Below are positions 22,707 to 35,514 of a stretch of DNA of 64,000 nt, in pieces (position 1 is the first letter of the stretch; each line of letters begins with the position of its first letter). The stretch lies in NCBI GenBank assembly GCA_963845245.1, contig CAWJRJ010000018.1, positions 64,001 through 128,000 on the forward strand, read 5' to 3'. A model generated the notes under the pieces. It ran no database searches. It saw only the letters and a list, made by a program, of their open reading frames with translations, and was not told the DNA's origin. The stretch is from Nitrospirota bacterium. Lineage in GTDB: Bacteria > Nitrospirota > JACRHJ01. The position numbers and the translations under genes were made by a program.

Positions 22707-25700
22707 ATGTCCAGGAAAACACTGTCAGCATTTTTGCTATCGCTGGTCCTTGTAGTCGGGATGTCCGCCGTGAACTCCCAGGCGGACGTGACCGGCAGGC
22801 CGCACGACTTAAGCCTTACCAACGACAAGGGGCACTGCATAAACTGCCACGACCTGCACCAGACGAAGCTTGGGCAGGGCTTTGACCATAACTTGAAGAG
22901 GGCTAACGAGATAGCGGTCTGTTACCAGTGCCACGCCGGGGCCCTCAACAGCTATTCCAGCATAGACCCCTCATACCCGAACTATACGGACCTGTACAGC
23001 CAGTACGACATACGCTCCGAGTTCAACCAGAGCCATATACATTTCCCGACGTACGGGATGGACGGGGAGCACAACAAATGCTCCTACTGCCACAACCCGC
23101 ACGGGGTGTTCAACTCCGCGTCCACCACCAGGAAGCCGAAGCTGCTCTCCGCGGGCCCGGACGTGGTAACGGATACGGACGATTATTGCCTTGTCTGCCA
23201 CAACAACGACCCTAATCCGCCGCACCAGAAGTTCTCCAATATATCGGTCGGCAGCCAGTACCGTTTCTCGCGTACGTGGTACAAGCAGATGAGGCATTCG
23301 ACGTTCGTGCGCGCCACCACCCTTACCGAGCCGGTACCTGATACGGCTCACACTTACGACGACAACCCGTACGGCAAAGGGAAGGACATATCCTGCCTGA
23401 CCTGCCACCGGCCGCACGGCTCTCCGAACGACCATATGCTGAAGGCGCCCGACAACCAGGACTTCTGCCTGTCCTGCCACAACGGCACGAAGGCTCCCGA
23501 CCTAAGCTCGTTCAATACGTCCGGACACGGCAAGACAGGCGTGGGCAGGATATGCCAGGAATGCCACTTCCCGCATGGCACGGGACAAAGACATGCCGTC
23601 AAAAAGGTTATACAGGACTCACACACGCTTAAAAACATGACGGCTGACGTCGTCGGAAAGGGTATGAACGAGGCATGCTTCGCCTGCCACAAATCGTCCG
23701 GAACGTCAAACTATTACACCGGTAAGTCGGATTATGCAGCCGGTATCCATAACACAAGCCCGAATGCGCACAACGCCAACGATACCGCTAACGACTACCT
23801 GCCGGGCGAGTGCGTCAACTGTCACGACCCACATGGCAGAGGCTACGACAAGATGGCGTTAGATCCAAACCAGACCCTGTGCTATGACTGCCACAACACC
23901 GCTACCCACAATACGCAGAGCGGTAAGGACATCAGTGCGGCGTTCCAGCAGATGAGTTCGAGCCACGACCTTACAAAGGTCAAATGCATAAATTGCCATA
24001 ACGTACATAAGGCAACGCAGTCAGCAAACCTGATGAACCCATATAGCAGCACAGCGTTTATTTCAGACAAGAAAACCTTCTGTCTGAGATGTCATAGCGG
24101 CCGGATGCCGGCCGGCGTTACCGGTGCTCCCGACATAAGCGTCGAATGGACGGGCAACGGACACGACAAGACACACATTCTTGTTTGCGACGATTGTCAT
24201 GACAGCCACGGCTCGCCTAATAAAAAGACGCTTAATTATTTGCCTAAGAGCTATAACGGCAAGACCGCAAACTTCGTGCGCGGGTTGAGCTTCAACTCCA
24301 GGGCATTGTGCGAGGCGTGCCACAACCGCACCGCACTCGGCTACAAGGATGCAAAGGTTATACCGACGGGAAGCGGCTACGTCACAGCTCACAACCAGGA
24401 TGACACGACACCCTGCTCGAACTGCCACACGCTGAAGCACAACCCGTCAATGGGAAGCTCCTACACCACCGCATGTCTGGACTGCCACAAGCAGGGGCTC
24501 GGCAACCCGTACCCGAACCCGGATACGGACTTCAACACGCCGACTATCCCGAACGACCCGGATACCTATCTGTCCACGCATGCCTTGACCTACAACCCGC
24601 CCACGATGGTTGACTGCACGAAATGTCACGGCGCAAACCACGAGACTGACCACAGTTCGGCGAACAAGATTACGGATCCAGATCCGGCCAACGGGGCCAC
24701 GAACCCTATGCCGGACATACGCACCTCGTCCGTTTTCTGCGTGGAGTGCCACGACTCGACGCCGGTGACCCTGGGGGGCAAGACTCCACCGCAGGTCAAT
24801 TATTATGTAATCAACAGCGACGGCTTCGAGTCCGGCCTTGGCGCCTGGATCATAGCCGGGGCCACGTCAACTATAGATACCACGGTCTCTCATTCCGGCA
24901 CGGCTTCGGCGAAGATGGTCACGACTTACAGCGAATGCTGGGACACCTACTGGAACGAATGGTACGACTGCACATCGCCCGGAAACCTAGAAAAATACAA
25001 TGTCCCGGTCCAGCCTAACACCTCTTATACAATTTCGAGCTATGTTAACATTCCGCCAGGCGGAAGCAACTCTGCGCAAATGTGGTTGACCGAGTACACC
25101 TCGGGCGGAAACTATATCACTACACGCTATTCCTCCTCAGTTGCCTCCGGCAGCGGCTGGCAGTTGCTCAGCATGACATGGACTACGGCCTACAATACGT
25201 CTTCAATTACATTTGATCTGCAGGAGGAGGGCGTCGGGACTGCTTATTGGGACGACTTCCAGATCGTTTCCAACGCGACCCCCGGCGGCCACGACAAGGA
25301 CCACGTGCTGGTCTGCTGGGACTGCCATGAATATCACCGTTCAATGAACACAAAGCTACTCAACTATCAGCCGAAGTCATCCGGAGGATACACCTCCAAT
25401 TTCGGTACAGGCTTGAGTTTTGGGACACGGAGTTTCTGCGAGTCATGCCACAATCGGTCAGGACTGGGTTATAAAAACGCAAAGATGATACCCACAGGTG
25501 CAGGTTATATGGCACAGCACAACCAGTCTGATCCTACTCCGTGTTCCACGTGCCATACTGACAAACACAACCCGTCGATACAGCCCACTTATTACACCAC
25601 TTCATGTCTGGACTGCCACAAGACCGGCTCAGGCAACCCGTATCCGAATGTCGACGCGGAATTTAACACACCGGCTATCCCTAATGACGCCAATACGATG

Positions 25701-28700
25701 GGATCCGCGCATAAGATAAATTACGCCCCACCCTCAACAGTGGATTGCACAGTGTGCCATGGTAGCAACCATGAGGTGAGCCACAGCTCAACAAACAAGG
25801 TCATAGACCCGGACCCGGCACACCCGACAACTAAAAGTCTGGACATCAGCAGCTCGTCCGCTTTCTGTCTGCAGTGTCACGACGCAACGCCGGTCAACAT
25901 CGGCGGCGCAGTCCCGCCAAACATCCTCGATACGTATACATCCGCGGGACATGGTATGCCCTCCGTATCAGGCGTCATTTGCTCCGACTGCCATGAGCAT
26001 CACGGCTCATACAACAAGAAGCTTATAAAGACGACGATCAGAGGCGCAGTAGTCATATCCAACTACTCTGGCGATAACGCCTCCGTTTGTATCGCCTGCC
26101 ACAAGAGCACTTATCCGACTATACCTTCCTGGCCCGGATACTCGGTTTATTCAAGCTCGATACACTCTTACGGCAACATCAGTACCGGTAACCTGGTGAG
26201 CGACGGGCTCCACGGGGTAGGGGTATGCGTCAACTGCCACAACCCGCATGGCGTAAGGCTTAACGGGAAGACCACCGGGAGCATGCTCTATAAAAACGAA
26301 GAAGACCTCTGTTTCAGGTGCCATAACGGGACAACGCCCAACACGGCAAGTGGTGACAACGTCCAGGCGCGGTTCCAGATGACGACGCACCACAAGATAT
26401 CCGACGCAGATCAGCTAGGACCTGACGGCATCCCGGGTACCGCAGACGATTCCAAGGTGGAATGCTCGGACTGTCACGACCCGCACACCATCACGGAAAA
26501 GCTGATGGGCTTCAAAAACGTCAGCGATGCTGGCGGACAGCGTGTAGTGCCGGTCGTTACCGACCAGGACTTCTGCCTTAAGTGCCATAGTTCAAACCCG
26601 CCACAGAGAGTTAAGTTCCCGCAGCAGGGAAATTGGGACAAGTCGCTCTTCGATAGCTCTGCTCATGGGAATCCTCTTAAGCGCTATAAAGGCTTTGGTA
26701 ATTATTCAAACGGGGTCAAGTATGCTTGCAAGGTCTGCCACAATCCGCACGGCTCTAACCAGGCGGCCCTCCAGAGAGAGTCATGGGACATTAACAGAGA
26801 TGGCATACCTGATGACATCGACGGCGATGGCATACTAGACTCTTCGAACATGGTCGGCTTTATCGGTTACTCTACCGGCACGCGCAAAGTGATGCTTGTC
26901 AGCACCATGGCTGGTATACCATCTAGGGAATCTTTCAGACGCATCTCGACAACTATCCCTGTCCAGGCAAACGGGACGATAGACGTTATGCTATGTCTTA
27001 ATTGCCATGACGGGAACCCGGCCCCGGATGTGAAGTCTGACTTCGATAAGCGGTCCCACCATGACGTGACATACGCAGACCAGGTGGCTGACGGCGGCAG
27101 CAAAATCGAGTGCTACAACTGCCACGACCAGCATCGCGCCCAGGCCAGAAACGACGCTGCGGGCGAGTACCCGACCACCAACCCGGAAGGGCAGCGTGAG
27201 CCGATGCCCGGGGATGCGGCCTTCTGTCTTAAGTGCCACGATAACACGCTTCCTTCCGGAGTATCATTCGGAAGCAAGCAGCTCAAGAACATAAAACTGA
27301 GCTACAATCCAAATAACCGGACTGACGCCAAGGGATACGACATTATAACCTCGTACCAAGGCCATTATGTACAGTCCACCGGCGCTCCTATGATGTGCCG
27401 CGACTGCCACAACCAACACGGCAGCGATTATTCCAAGATGATCAGGGACAACACCGAACCCTCCAAGCCGGGCTACGACTCATCCCAACCGATGCAGGGC
27501 ATGCAATCGGTGGCGCTCAGAGCGTCCGACTCCTTTGGCGGAGGCGACAGCCTGCCGGTATCGTCGACCGCGGAGCGTTGCCTTGCATGTCACAGCGGTG
27601 GGACAACCTATAAAGGCCGCCTGATACCGCTTCCGCCGCCGCCTGATGCCTTCGAGCGCGGGTTCTCGATGTCCGCCGTCGGCAAGCACCCGGAACTCAA
27701 CCCTGCGGTCACGACCCTGGACGAACAAAACGGGCATATATACAGGAGTACGTTCTCGGTCATCACCTCGCCGGGAAGCGTGAAGGACACGTGCACCCTT
27801 TGCCATGACTCTCATAACCCATATATAAAGACGATCGACGGAGAACTCACGGACTGCTACCGTTGCCATAACCAGAACACCTCCCTGCCTGACGTGCAGA
27901 CGGAGTTCAACGACAACCCGACAAACCCGACGAGGTCGAAATCCATCCATCCCATAAAGTACGACCCGACGGACAAGGCCTCGACATCTGTAGAGTGTCT
28001 GAAGTGCCACGACCAGTCAAAACACATGCAGGGCACGGTCAGGCTGAGGAAAGACCCGAGCCGGTTCGTGAACTATACATCGGACTCCGGGGTTTGGGCC
28101 AGCCCCGTGGCCAACAGGACGGTAAATCAGTTCTGCCTGGAGTGCCATGACCCAGCCACCACCACTGCGTCAAGTTTCTTCAGGGGCGGTGTCGAGCACG
28201 TGCCCGCAAAACTTCCGGCCGGGTATGCTGCAGGGGCGCATTTTGTCAACGGCAGCCTGCTTTGCACCGACTGCCATGAATATCACGGCTCGACAAATAA
28301 TGGCTTAAGGAAGAACGCGAAGGGCGACGAGGAGACGTTCTGTTACACGTGCCACAGCAACCCCGCCAACAGCATGGACGGTATCAACATAAAGGGCAAG
28401 TTCTCCAATTTGAGCAGCGCAAGCCATCACACTGTTGATGCAACGGAGCAGGCCGCCATGGGCAGCAAGGTCGAGTGTGCGGACTGCCATAACCCGCATT
28501 CAGTGACCAGGACCAGCCCGGTGGTAAATACCAGCGATAATTCGACCGCCATACCTGCGGACGACACTTTCTGTCTTGGTTGCCACAACTCAACAGGTGC
28601 GCCAGGCGTGAAGTTCCCAGGTTACACGACCGGCAAAGCAGGCCCTGAATGGGATCCCAATAATGGAAAATGGAACAAGTGGGACAAGTCAGGATACCTG

Positions 28701-31700
28701 AACACCGCCCATAAGGGCAACAACGTCGCATGTGAGAGGTGCCACGACCCGCACGGGAGCAAAAACTATTCGCTCCTGCTGACTAACATAAGTTCTTCGA
28801 CGAATATAAGCGTACGATTCGGCATACACTCGACAGCTCGCGGTGGGAAAAGGAAGGAAGAAGTAGGGGTCAACGGCGTATGCGGCGCCTGCCACAAGTC
28901 CTCGTTAGGTGTGTACAACGGGTTAGCCAGCTTCACGAGTTCCACATGGGGGAAGAAGAACGGTATAGACAAGAACTGCACATACTGTCACAACCCACAC
29001 TCAAGCCAACCCATGATGATACACTCGAACAAGCCGCTTTATATGAACATGACCTCCAAGAATTTCGGGAGCGCCTATAATTTCAAGCAGAACAGGGGAT
29101 TTTCCAACCAGACTACCGGTGCGCCTTACTATGCGTTCTGCAGCAGCCTCGGATGCCACGCTAGTGAGAGGGCGGCGGTGGACACCTTTAACCTGGACCA
29201 GCCACCCTATAACTATGACGGGGATGTATCCAAAAGTTCGCATCATCCGATCAAGGAAGGCTTAATTGGCTGCAACTCATGCCACAAGGAGCACGGTACG
29301 TCAATCAACCCCTCTGACTATCTCTCGCCAGACTTGAGGGCCACATACGTACGTCAGGCAAGCTGGTTCAAACTCGGCCTCACGCCTGGTCAAACCTTTT
29401 ATGCAAGACAGTTTACCCCTAACCAGATAATTCCGCCTGACAACGCAAACAACCTCTGTATCATGTGCCATCAGAAAGACGACATTATTGGCACGACCGC
29501 GAATGGGATGTCGGGCACCAACACAAAATTCCTCGGCCACGAGGCTGTAAAAGGCGGGGCGTATGTAAGCCACAATATATCTCCTTCCAACAATCCGGTC
29601 AATTCCGACTACCACTCCTTTTCTTGTTCCGCCTGCCATTTCCCTCACAGCAGCTGGAAAGAGAAGCTGCTGCAGGTGGGTTGCATGTCACAGGCGGGTA
29701 CTGTCAGCTACCCGACTGGCTCCGGCTATGATGTATATGATCCAGGCGGACCAGACAACAGCGGAAGCGGTCCAGGCAGTGGTAACAGTAGCGGTAGTGA
29801 TTTGGGCGGCTGCCATGCATACACAGGCTGGTCCGCTTTGGGCCTCAAACATGGCTGGAGAAACCTCACGACAGCCGCCAAGAAGGATTTCGTCAGGCCG
29901 CCGAACGCCGTAGCAGACCTCACTGCGACCATTGGTCAGACGGACAACAATGTCACCTTGAACTGGCACGCGGTTTCAGACGCACCCGGTCAGGGCGCGG
30001 ACCATTATAACGTATACCGCTCCAGCCAGATTATAACGCAGGCCACAAAACCTGACTCAACCAGGATTTACAAAGGTGTCACAGGCCTCAACTCGGGCGC
30101 GGCCATGAGCTGGACCGATACAACTACGCTAAGCAGCGCGACATATTATTATGCGGTTGTGGCGTGCGACTTGGAGGGAAACGAGTCGTTTGTGTCCAAC
30201 TGTGCGGTGGCCGCCTTGGGTGGTGACCGATGGAAGCCCAACGCGATATCAGACCAGCAGACCTTCAGGGAAAGCGCCAAGACCACGGTTAAAGTAACCT
30301 GGCACGACCCGGGCGACACAGGCGACGGTGTTACTCTGTACAATGTGTACAGGATCAACGGGATGACACCGCTTGTGGTCGGTGATATAAAAGACGACAA
30401 CCTCATAGGCGCGGTCTCTGACACCGGCCCGAACGGTGCCTCCGATACAACGCTTTACAATTATGTCGACGCGACAGCAGTGGTGACCCAAAGCTATTCA
30501 TATGCAGTGGTCGCGCTCGATGGGATCGGGAACGTCTCAGCCCTTCCTGCATGCTGCTCCTTCAGCGTGCCCGGCGATACGACACCGCCGCCGGCCATAA
30601 CGACCCAGCAGGTGGCAAGGGTGGCCGGGTCCACCGGCATCAAATTGACATGGAATGACCCGGGCGACGCCGACACCTATGTAGCCTATTACAAGGTCTA
30701 CCGGAAGGCCGGGACTGCCCCGCTTACGGATGCGGACATCATACCCGGCAACTGTATAAAGGATCAGGTCAACGATACAAGCTGGGGCAAGTCGTCCGAC
30801 GGCACTGTTTACACCTACACCGATTACCCTGCAGATGTGACGCAGTCCTATTCATACGCGGTGGTATCCGTTGACGCTGCCGGCAACGTCTCCCACGTTC
30901 CCACCGGCGTCACGTTCACGGTTCCCGGTGATGTTACCGCGCCACCGGCTATATCCACCCAACAGGTTGCAAGGGTGGCCGGCACGACAAATATCAGTGT
31001 TACATGGCGCGACCCGGGCGACGCCGACACATATATAGCCTATTACAAGGTCTACCGGAAGGCCGGTGCTGCCCAGCTTACGGATGCGGACATCATACCA
31101 GGCAACTACCTCAACACGGTAAACGATACAAGCTGGGGCAAGACATCGGATGGCTTGACGTACAGCTTCACCGACCTCAACCCGACGGTGACGCAGTCCT
31201 ATTCATATGCGGTGGTATCCGTTGACGCTGCCGGCAACGTCTCCCACGTTCCCACCGGCGTCACGTTCACGGTTCCCGGTGATATTACCGCGCCCCCGGC
31301 CATAACGACCCAACAGGTGGCAAGGGTCGGCGGCACGACAAATATCAGTGTTACATGGCGCGACCCGGGCGACGCCGACACCTATGTAGCCAGTTACAAG
31401 GTCTACCGGAAGGCCGGGACCGCCCCGCTTACGGATGCGGACATTGTATCCGGCAACTACCTCACCACGGTCAACGATACGAGCTGGGGCAAGACGTCGG
31501 ACGGCATGACGTACAGCTATCACCGACCTCAACCCGACGGTGACGCAGTCCTATTCATACGCGGTGGTATCCGTTGACGCGGCCGGCAACGTCTCCCACG
31601 TGCCCACCGGCGTCACGTTCACGGTTCCCGGTGATACTACCGCGCCCCCGGCCATAACGACACAGCAGATAACACAGCCGGACGGATCCCTTAACGTTAT

Positions 31701-34700
31701 AATTTCATGGCATGACCCAGGCGACGCGGATACGTATGTAACGAACTACAAGGTATACAGGATGGAAAGCTCGTCGCCCATGGCGGACGGAGACATAACC
31801 GGCCCCTATTATCTGAATACCGTGAATGATACATCCTGGGGCAAGACCACAGATGGAAATAACTATTCCTATCAGGATTCTACCTTTACAACCGCCCAGA
31901 TAGGGCATGCATACGCGTATGCGGTAGTCGCCACTGACGCGGCTGGTAATATCTCTCATGTGCCAGCCGGTGTCGTCCTCGTCTATACAGTTGCGGATCC
32001 CGCGCCAAGCACGGTAATGCTGTCATCCGTAAAGCCTGTAACGGCGGTCAGTAACGTTACCCTTACATGGACTGCTCCGTCCGATATCGGTACTATATCG
32101 GGTTACAATATCTACAGGAAGGCCAGCTCCGCTCTCACCCAGACCGACCTGATCCCGGCCAACATGGTTGCCGGCCCGGTATCAGGGCTTACTACCCAGG
32201 TGGCCATACCGGGCACGGGTACGACCTACTACTATTCGGTAACGGCTATCGACCAGTCTTCTGGAAAAGAATCCAAGCTGGGCAATTCTCTGTCGGTGAG
32301 CATACCCTCACCGCCGTCCGGTTTGACAGCTACAAAGCAGTCAAACTCTGTCGCAAGCTTGAGCTGGACGGCGCCTGCTTACATGACGAACTTCCAGAAC
32401 TACAAGGTATACCAGCGCAGGAATGGAGGAAGCTGGTCGGCGCCAACGAACGTTTCCTCTACTTCTTCCAGCATAAACCTCATTGGCCTGGAGCCGGGCA
32501 CATATGATTTTGGCGTAACGGCATACTACAGCACGTACTCTGGCACCACGCCCTATGAGTCCGTTATGTCTACTGCGTCGTTAAGCATTACCGACACGGT
32601 GACACCGGCCACTATAGCCTCCGTCTCAGGCGTCGTTACTGCACCTTCGTATGATCACGCGAGCATAAACTGGACTGCGCCGTCTGATCAGAATTACATC
32701 ACATATACCCCGTCCGGCGTAGACCATTACATAGTAGAGGCAAGCTACAATGGCGGCTCATACTCGACATTAAACAGCAATTATCAGCCGGCAGGCTATA
32801 ACAACCCGGGCTCCACGATTGTATTCAACGATTCGAACACGCTGGCCCCAGGCACGTCAGCCTTATATCGTATCCAGTCGGTGGACGCCTCAAATAATTA
32901 CTCCGCGAAAACGACCAGCTCGCCTGTATACGCAAAGCCGACAGCGGTAAACCTCGGCGTCGCCAGTTCAGCCACCACGTCCGCAAATGTCCTGACATTC
33001 GGGCCGTCGACGAGTCTTGCCGGGCTTTCGAGCTACAAGATATACGCAAAGGAACAGGGCACCGCGCTGGCCGACTTGACGGGGCTCACCCTAATAACCA
33101 CCACCACTACCAACCTAGGGTCGTCTCAGACCTTTATCCATAGCCTTCAAAATGCCGTCTTGGCGGCTGAGGTAGGGCATACATACGCCTATGCCGTGGT
33201 AACGGAGGACATAAACGGTGCGAAATCAGCAATTTCGACCGGGACTCAGACCTATAACCAGGTGGTAGACAAGGACAGCCCTGCCAAGGTGACAGACCTT
33301 GCGGTTACGACGGTCATAGGCACCAACCAGGTGACGCTTACATGGAGCACGCCGCTTGATAATTCCGGACGCGGGCATCGGTACCGGTGCGCAATACTAT
33401 GCAGATATATCGGTCACCTGCAAGCTCCATCGGAACAACCGTTGCAGTGACGGACAGCAATTTCAGCGACACCAACAACGTCACATTGGTATACAGCGGC
33501 ACTTACGCATCAAGCCTGGCTGGTACACCGAACAGCTTCAACACTACCGGGTACGACAGTCGAGCGCATACTACGCGGTGCGCTCGATTGATAACGTCGG
33601 CAATTGGTCACCCATATCCAACAGCCCGTTAATTATGGTGGGCAAGGACGTCCAGGCGCCATCACCTCCCGTGATAACCGCTTGCACACCCAAAGGCATC
33701 GCCAGAGATGGACATAACCTGGTCTCCCGCGATCGACAACGTAGGCATAAACGGCTACATGTTGTACAGGGCGGACGTGGATGTCGAGCCGTTCCTTAGC
33801 GACAAATGCATAACCGAGAACAACATCGGCCAGGCGCAGGTTGCGTTCAACCTCTATACCGTACAACTATACATCTATTCCTGACACCGGAGGCACGCCG
33901 GGCAAGACCTACTACTACGCAATGAGGGCTTGGGATGACGAGTTCAACTATCTCGAACATATCGAACTGCGCCATAGCTACGGTGCGCACGACTAATACC
34001 GACACCACGCCGCCGACATGGACCGGTACGCCGCTTACTGTTGCGGCTCAGTCGTATCCCGATATAGATTTGAACTGGACACCGGCTACTGACAGGGACA
34101 ACTCATCCAACCCCGGCACTGTCGACCATTACGACATATACAGGAGCCTGGCGTCGTTTAGCTCGACTGCTGACCCGGGCGTGACGAAGATCGCCACGGT
34201 ATCCGGCATCCGTGACTCGTACATCGACAAGAGCGGTGACCACAGCACGACATATTACTATGGCATAGTGGCGGTGGACGCCTCGACGAACCATAATGCG
34301 AGCGTCCTCAGCAACATCGGTTCCGCGACTGTAGAGGTAGCTCCTTCTCCGGACAACACTAAGCCCACGGTGCCCGGTACGTTGGCCGCGGCGACAGGCG
34401 TGTTCCCGTACATAAACCTGAGCTGGATACCGTCCACCGACATGGATGATGCAGCCAACCCGCAGCCGTTGCTTTACTATAAGCTCTACCGCGCTGACTA
34501 TCCGGCCGACGTTACGGACGCTAACAAGGACAACACGTCGCTGGTGAAGACGTTTATAATTGCGCACGATGCCGCAACATACATCGCCACGGGCGCAGGC
34601 TCGGCTGTCTACAACTACCGGCTTGAGGCGTTCGACCTTGCGGGTAACTCTTCAGGCCTCAGCAACGAGGTGACCGGCACCGTGGCGTCCGCGCCATGTG

Positions 34701-35368
34701 TAGACACGACAGCCCCGACAGCACCTGCGAGCCTTGCGGCAATCGTAGGGCCTTCGCCCGACATGGCGCTCTCCTGGGCGGCGTCGACGGACGTCGGCTG
34801 CACGGATCCACCGGTCATAGACCACTACAACCTGTACAAGGCGACATACACGATAAGCGCCTCTACTGACCTTAGGACGATAACCCCGATATTGGTTGCA
34901 GGCAACAATGCCACCTTCACCGATTCGACTGGCGCGCCTAATACCACGTACTGGTATGTCCTGACGGCGGTAGACCCGTCCGGCAACGAGTCCGGGAAGT
35001 CGAACATCATCACGATGACTACAGCCGCTGATACGATGGCTCCTGCGGCGATAACCGACCTGAAGGCTTCGCCTTCCCTGGGCCAGGTACAGCTAACGTG
35101 GTGCAAGCCGTCCGACAACGTCGGCGTGAACCATTACGACATCTACAGGAAGGATCAGGGCACCATCCTGACGGACGCGGATATTGTACCGGCCAACAAG
35201 ATAGCCACGTTCACGAATGCCGGCGCCTGCCTGTCTTACAACGATTCTACCGGCCTGACCAGCGGCCACACGTACAGCTACGCGGTGATATCCGTGGATG
35301 GGGCCGGTAACCGCGCCACGATAAGCAGGGGCCAGGCCACAGGCGATACTATCGCGACGCTGCCATAA
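22707..35368 (+). CDS. Giant secreted multiheme cytochrome c (~4200 aa reconstructed; 50 CxxCH, CBM-like insert, ~16 C-terminal fibronectin type III domains); apparent indels at 31519 and several between 33370 and 33960
   Basis: Signal peptide ending SQA; CxxCH hand count in ORF 22707-31577; the FN3 pattern (D..PP, W..P.D, Y.VYR, YxYAVVxxDxxGNxS) continues through ORFs 31540-33450, 33356-33799 and 33935-35368 with no new RBS or signal peptide. Confidence 0.85.
30483..31660 (+). repeat. Near-identical 351-bp tandem repeats encoding FN3 domains
   Basis: gtgacgcagtcctattcatacgcggtggtatccgttgacgc...cccaccggcgtcacgttcacggttcccggtgat recurs at 30837, 31188 and 31540, with a diverged copy at 30483. 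Confidence 0.92.
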
Positions 35369-35395
35369 AACAAAGAAACGATGCAATCCAATTTG

Positions 35396-35430
35396 AAAAA
35401 AGGCTGCCAAATCAGGCAGCCTTTTTGTTT
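35396..35430 (+). terminator. Intrinsic terminator closing the cytochrome operon
   Basis: aaaaaggctgcc-aaatca-ggcagccttttt. Confidence 0.88.
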
Positions 35431-35514
35431 ACTATATGATAAGTAAATTAATTACTTGACTTTAGTTTTAATTTATATGATATTTTATGTTATCGAATTA
35501 AATCGGGAGGAGCA

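Noticed and set aside
30483..31660. Regular DNA repeats as a CRISPR array or a diversity-generating retroelement TR/VR pair
   Set aside because: The units are 351-bp in-frame coding repeats without unique spacers; no cas or reverse transcriptase gene is in the window, and differences are not confined to adenines.
17297..35410. Numerous antisense and alternate-frame ORFs within the cytochrome genes
   Set aside because: They are typical shadow ORFs of GC-rich coding DNA, with no RBS or recognisable motifs. The exception is the + strand pieces at 31540-35368, which belong to cytochrome B.
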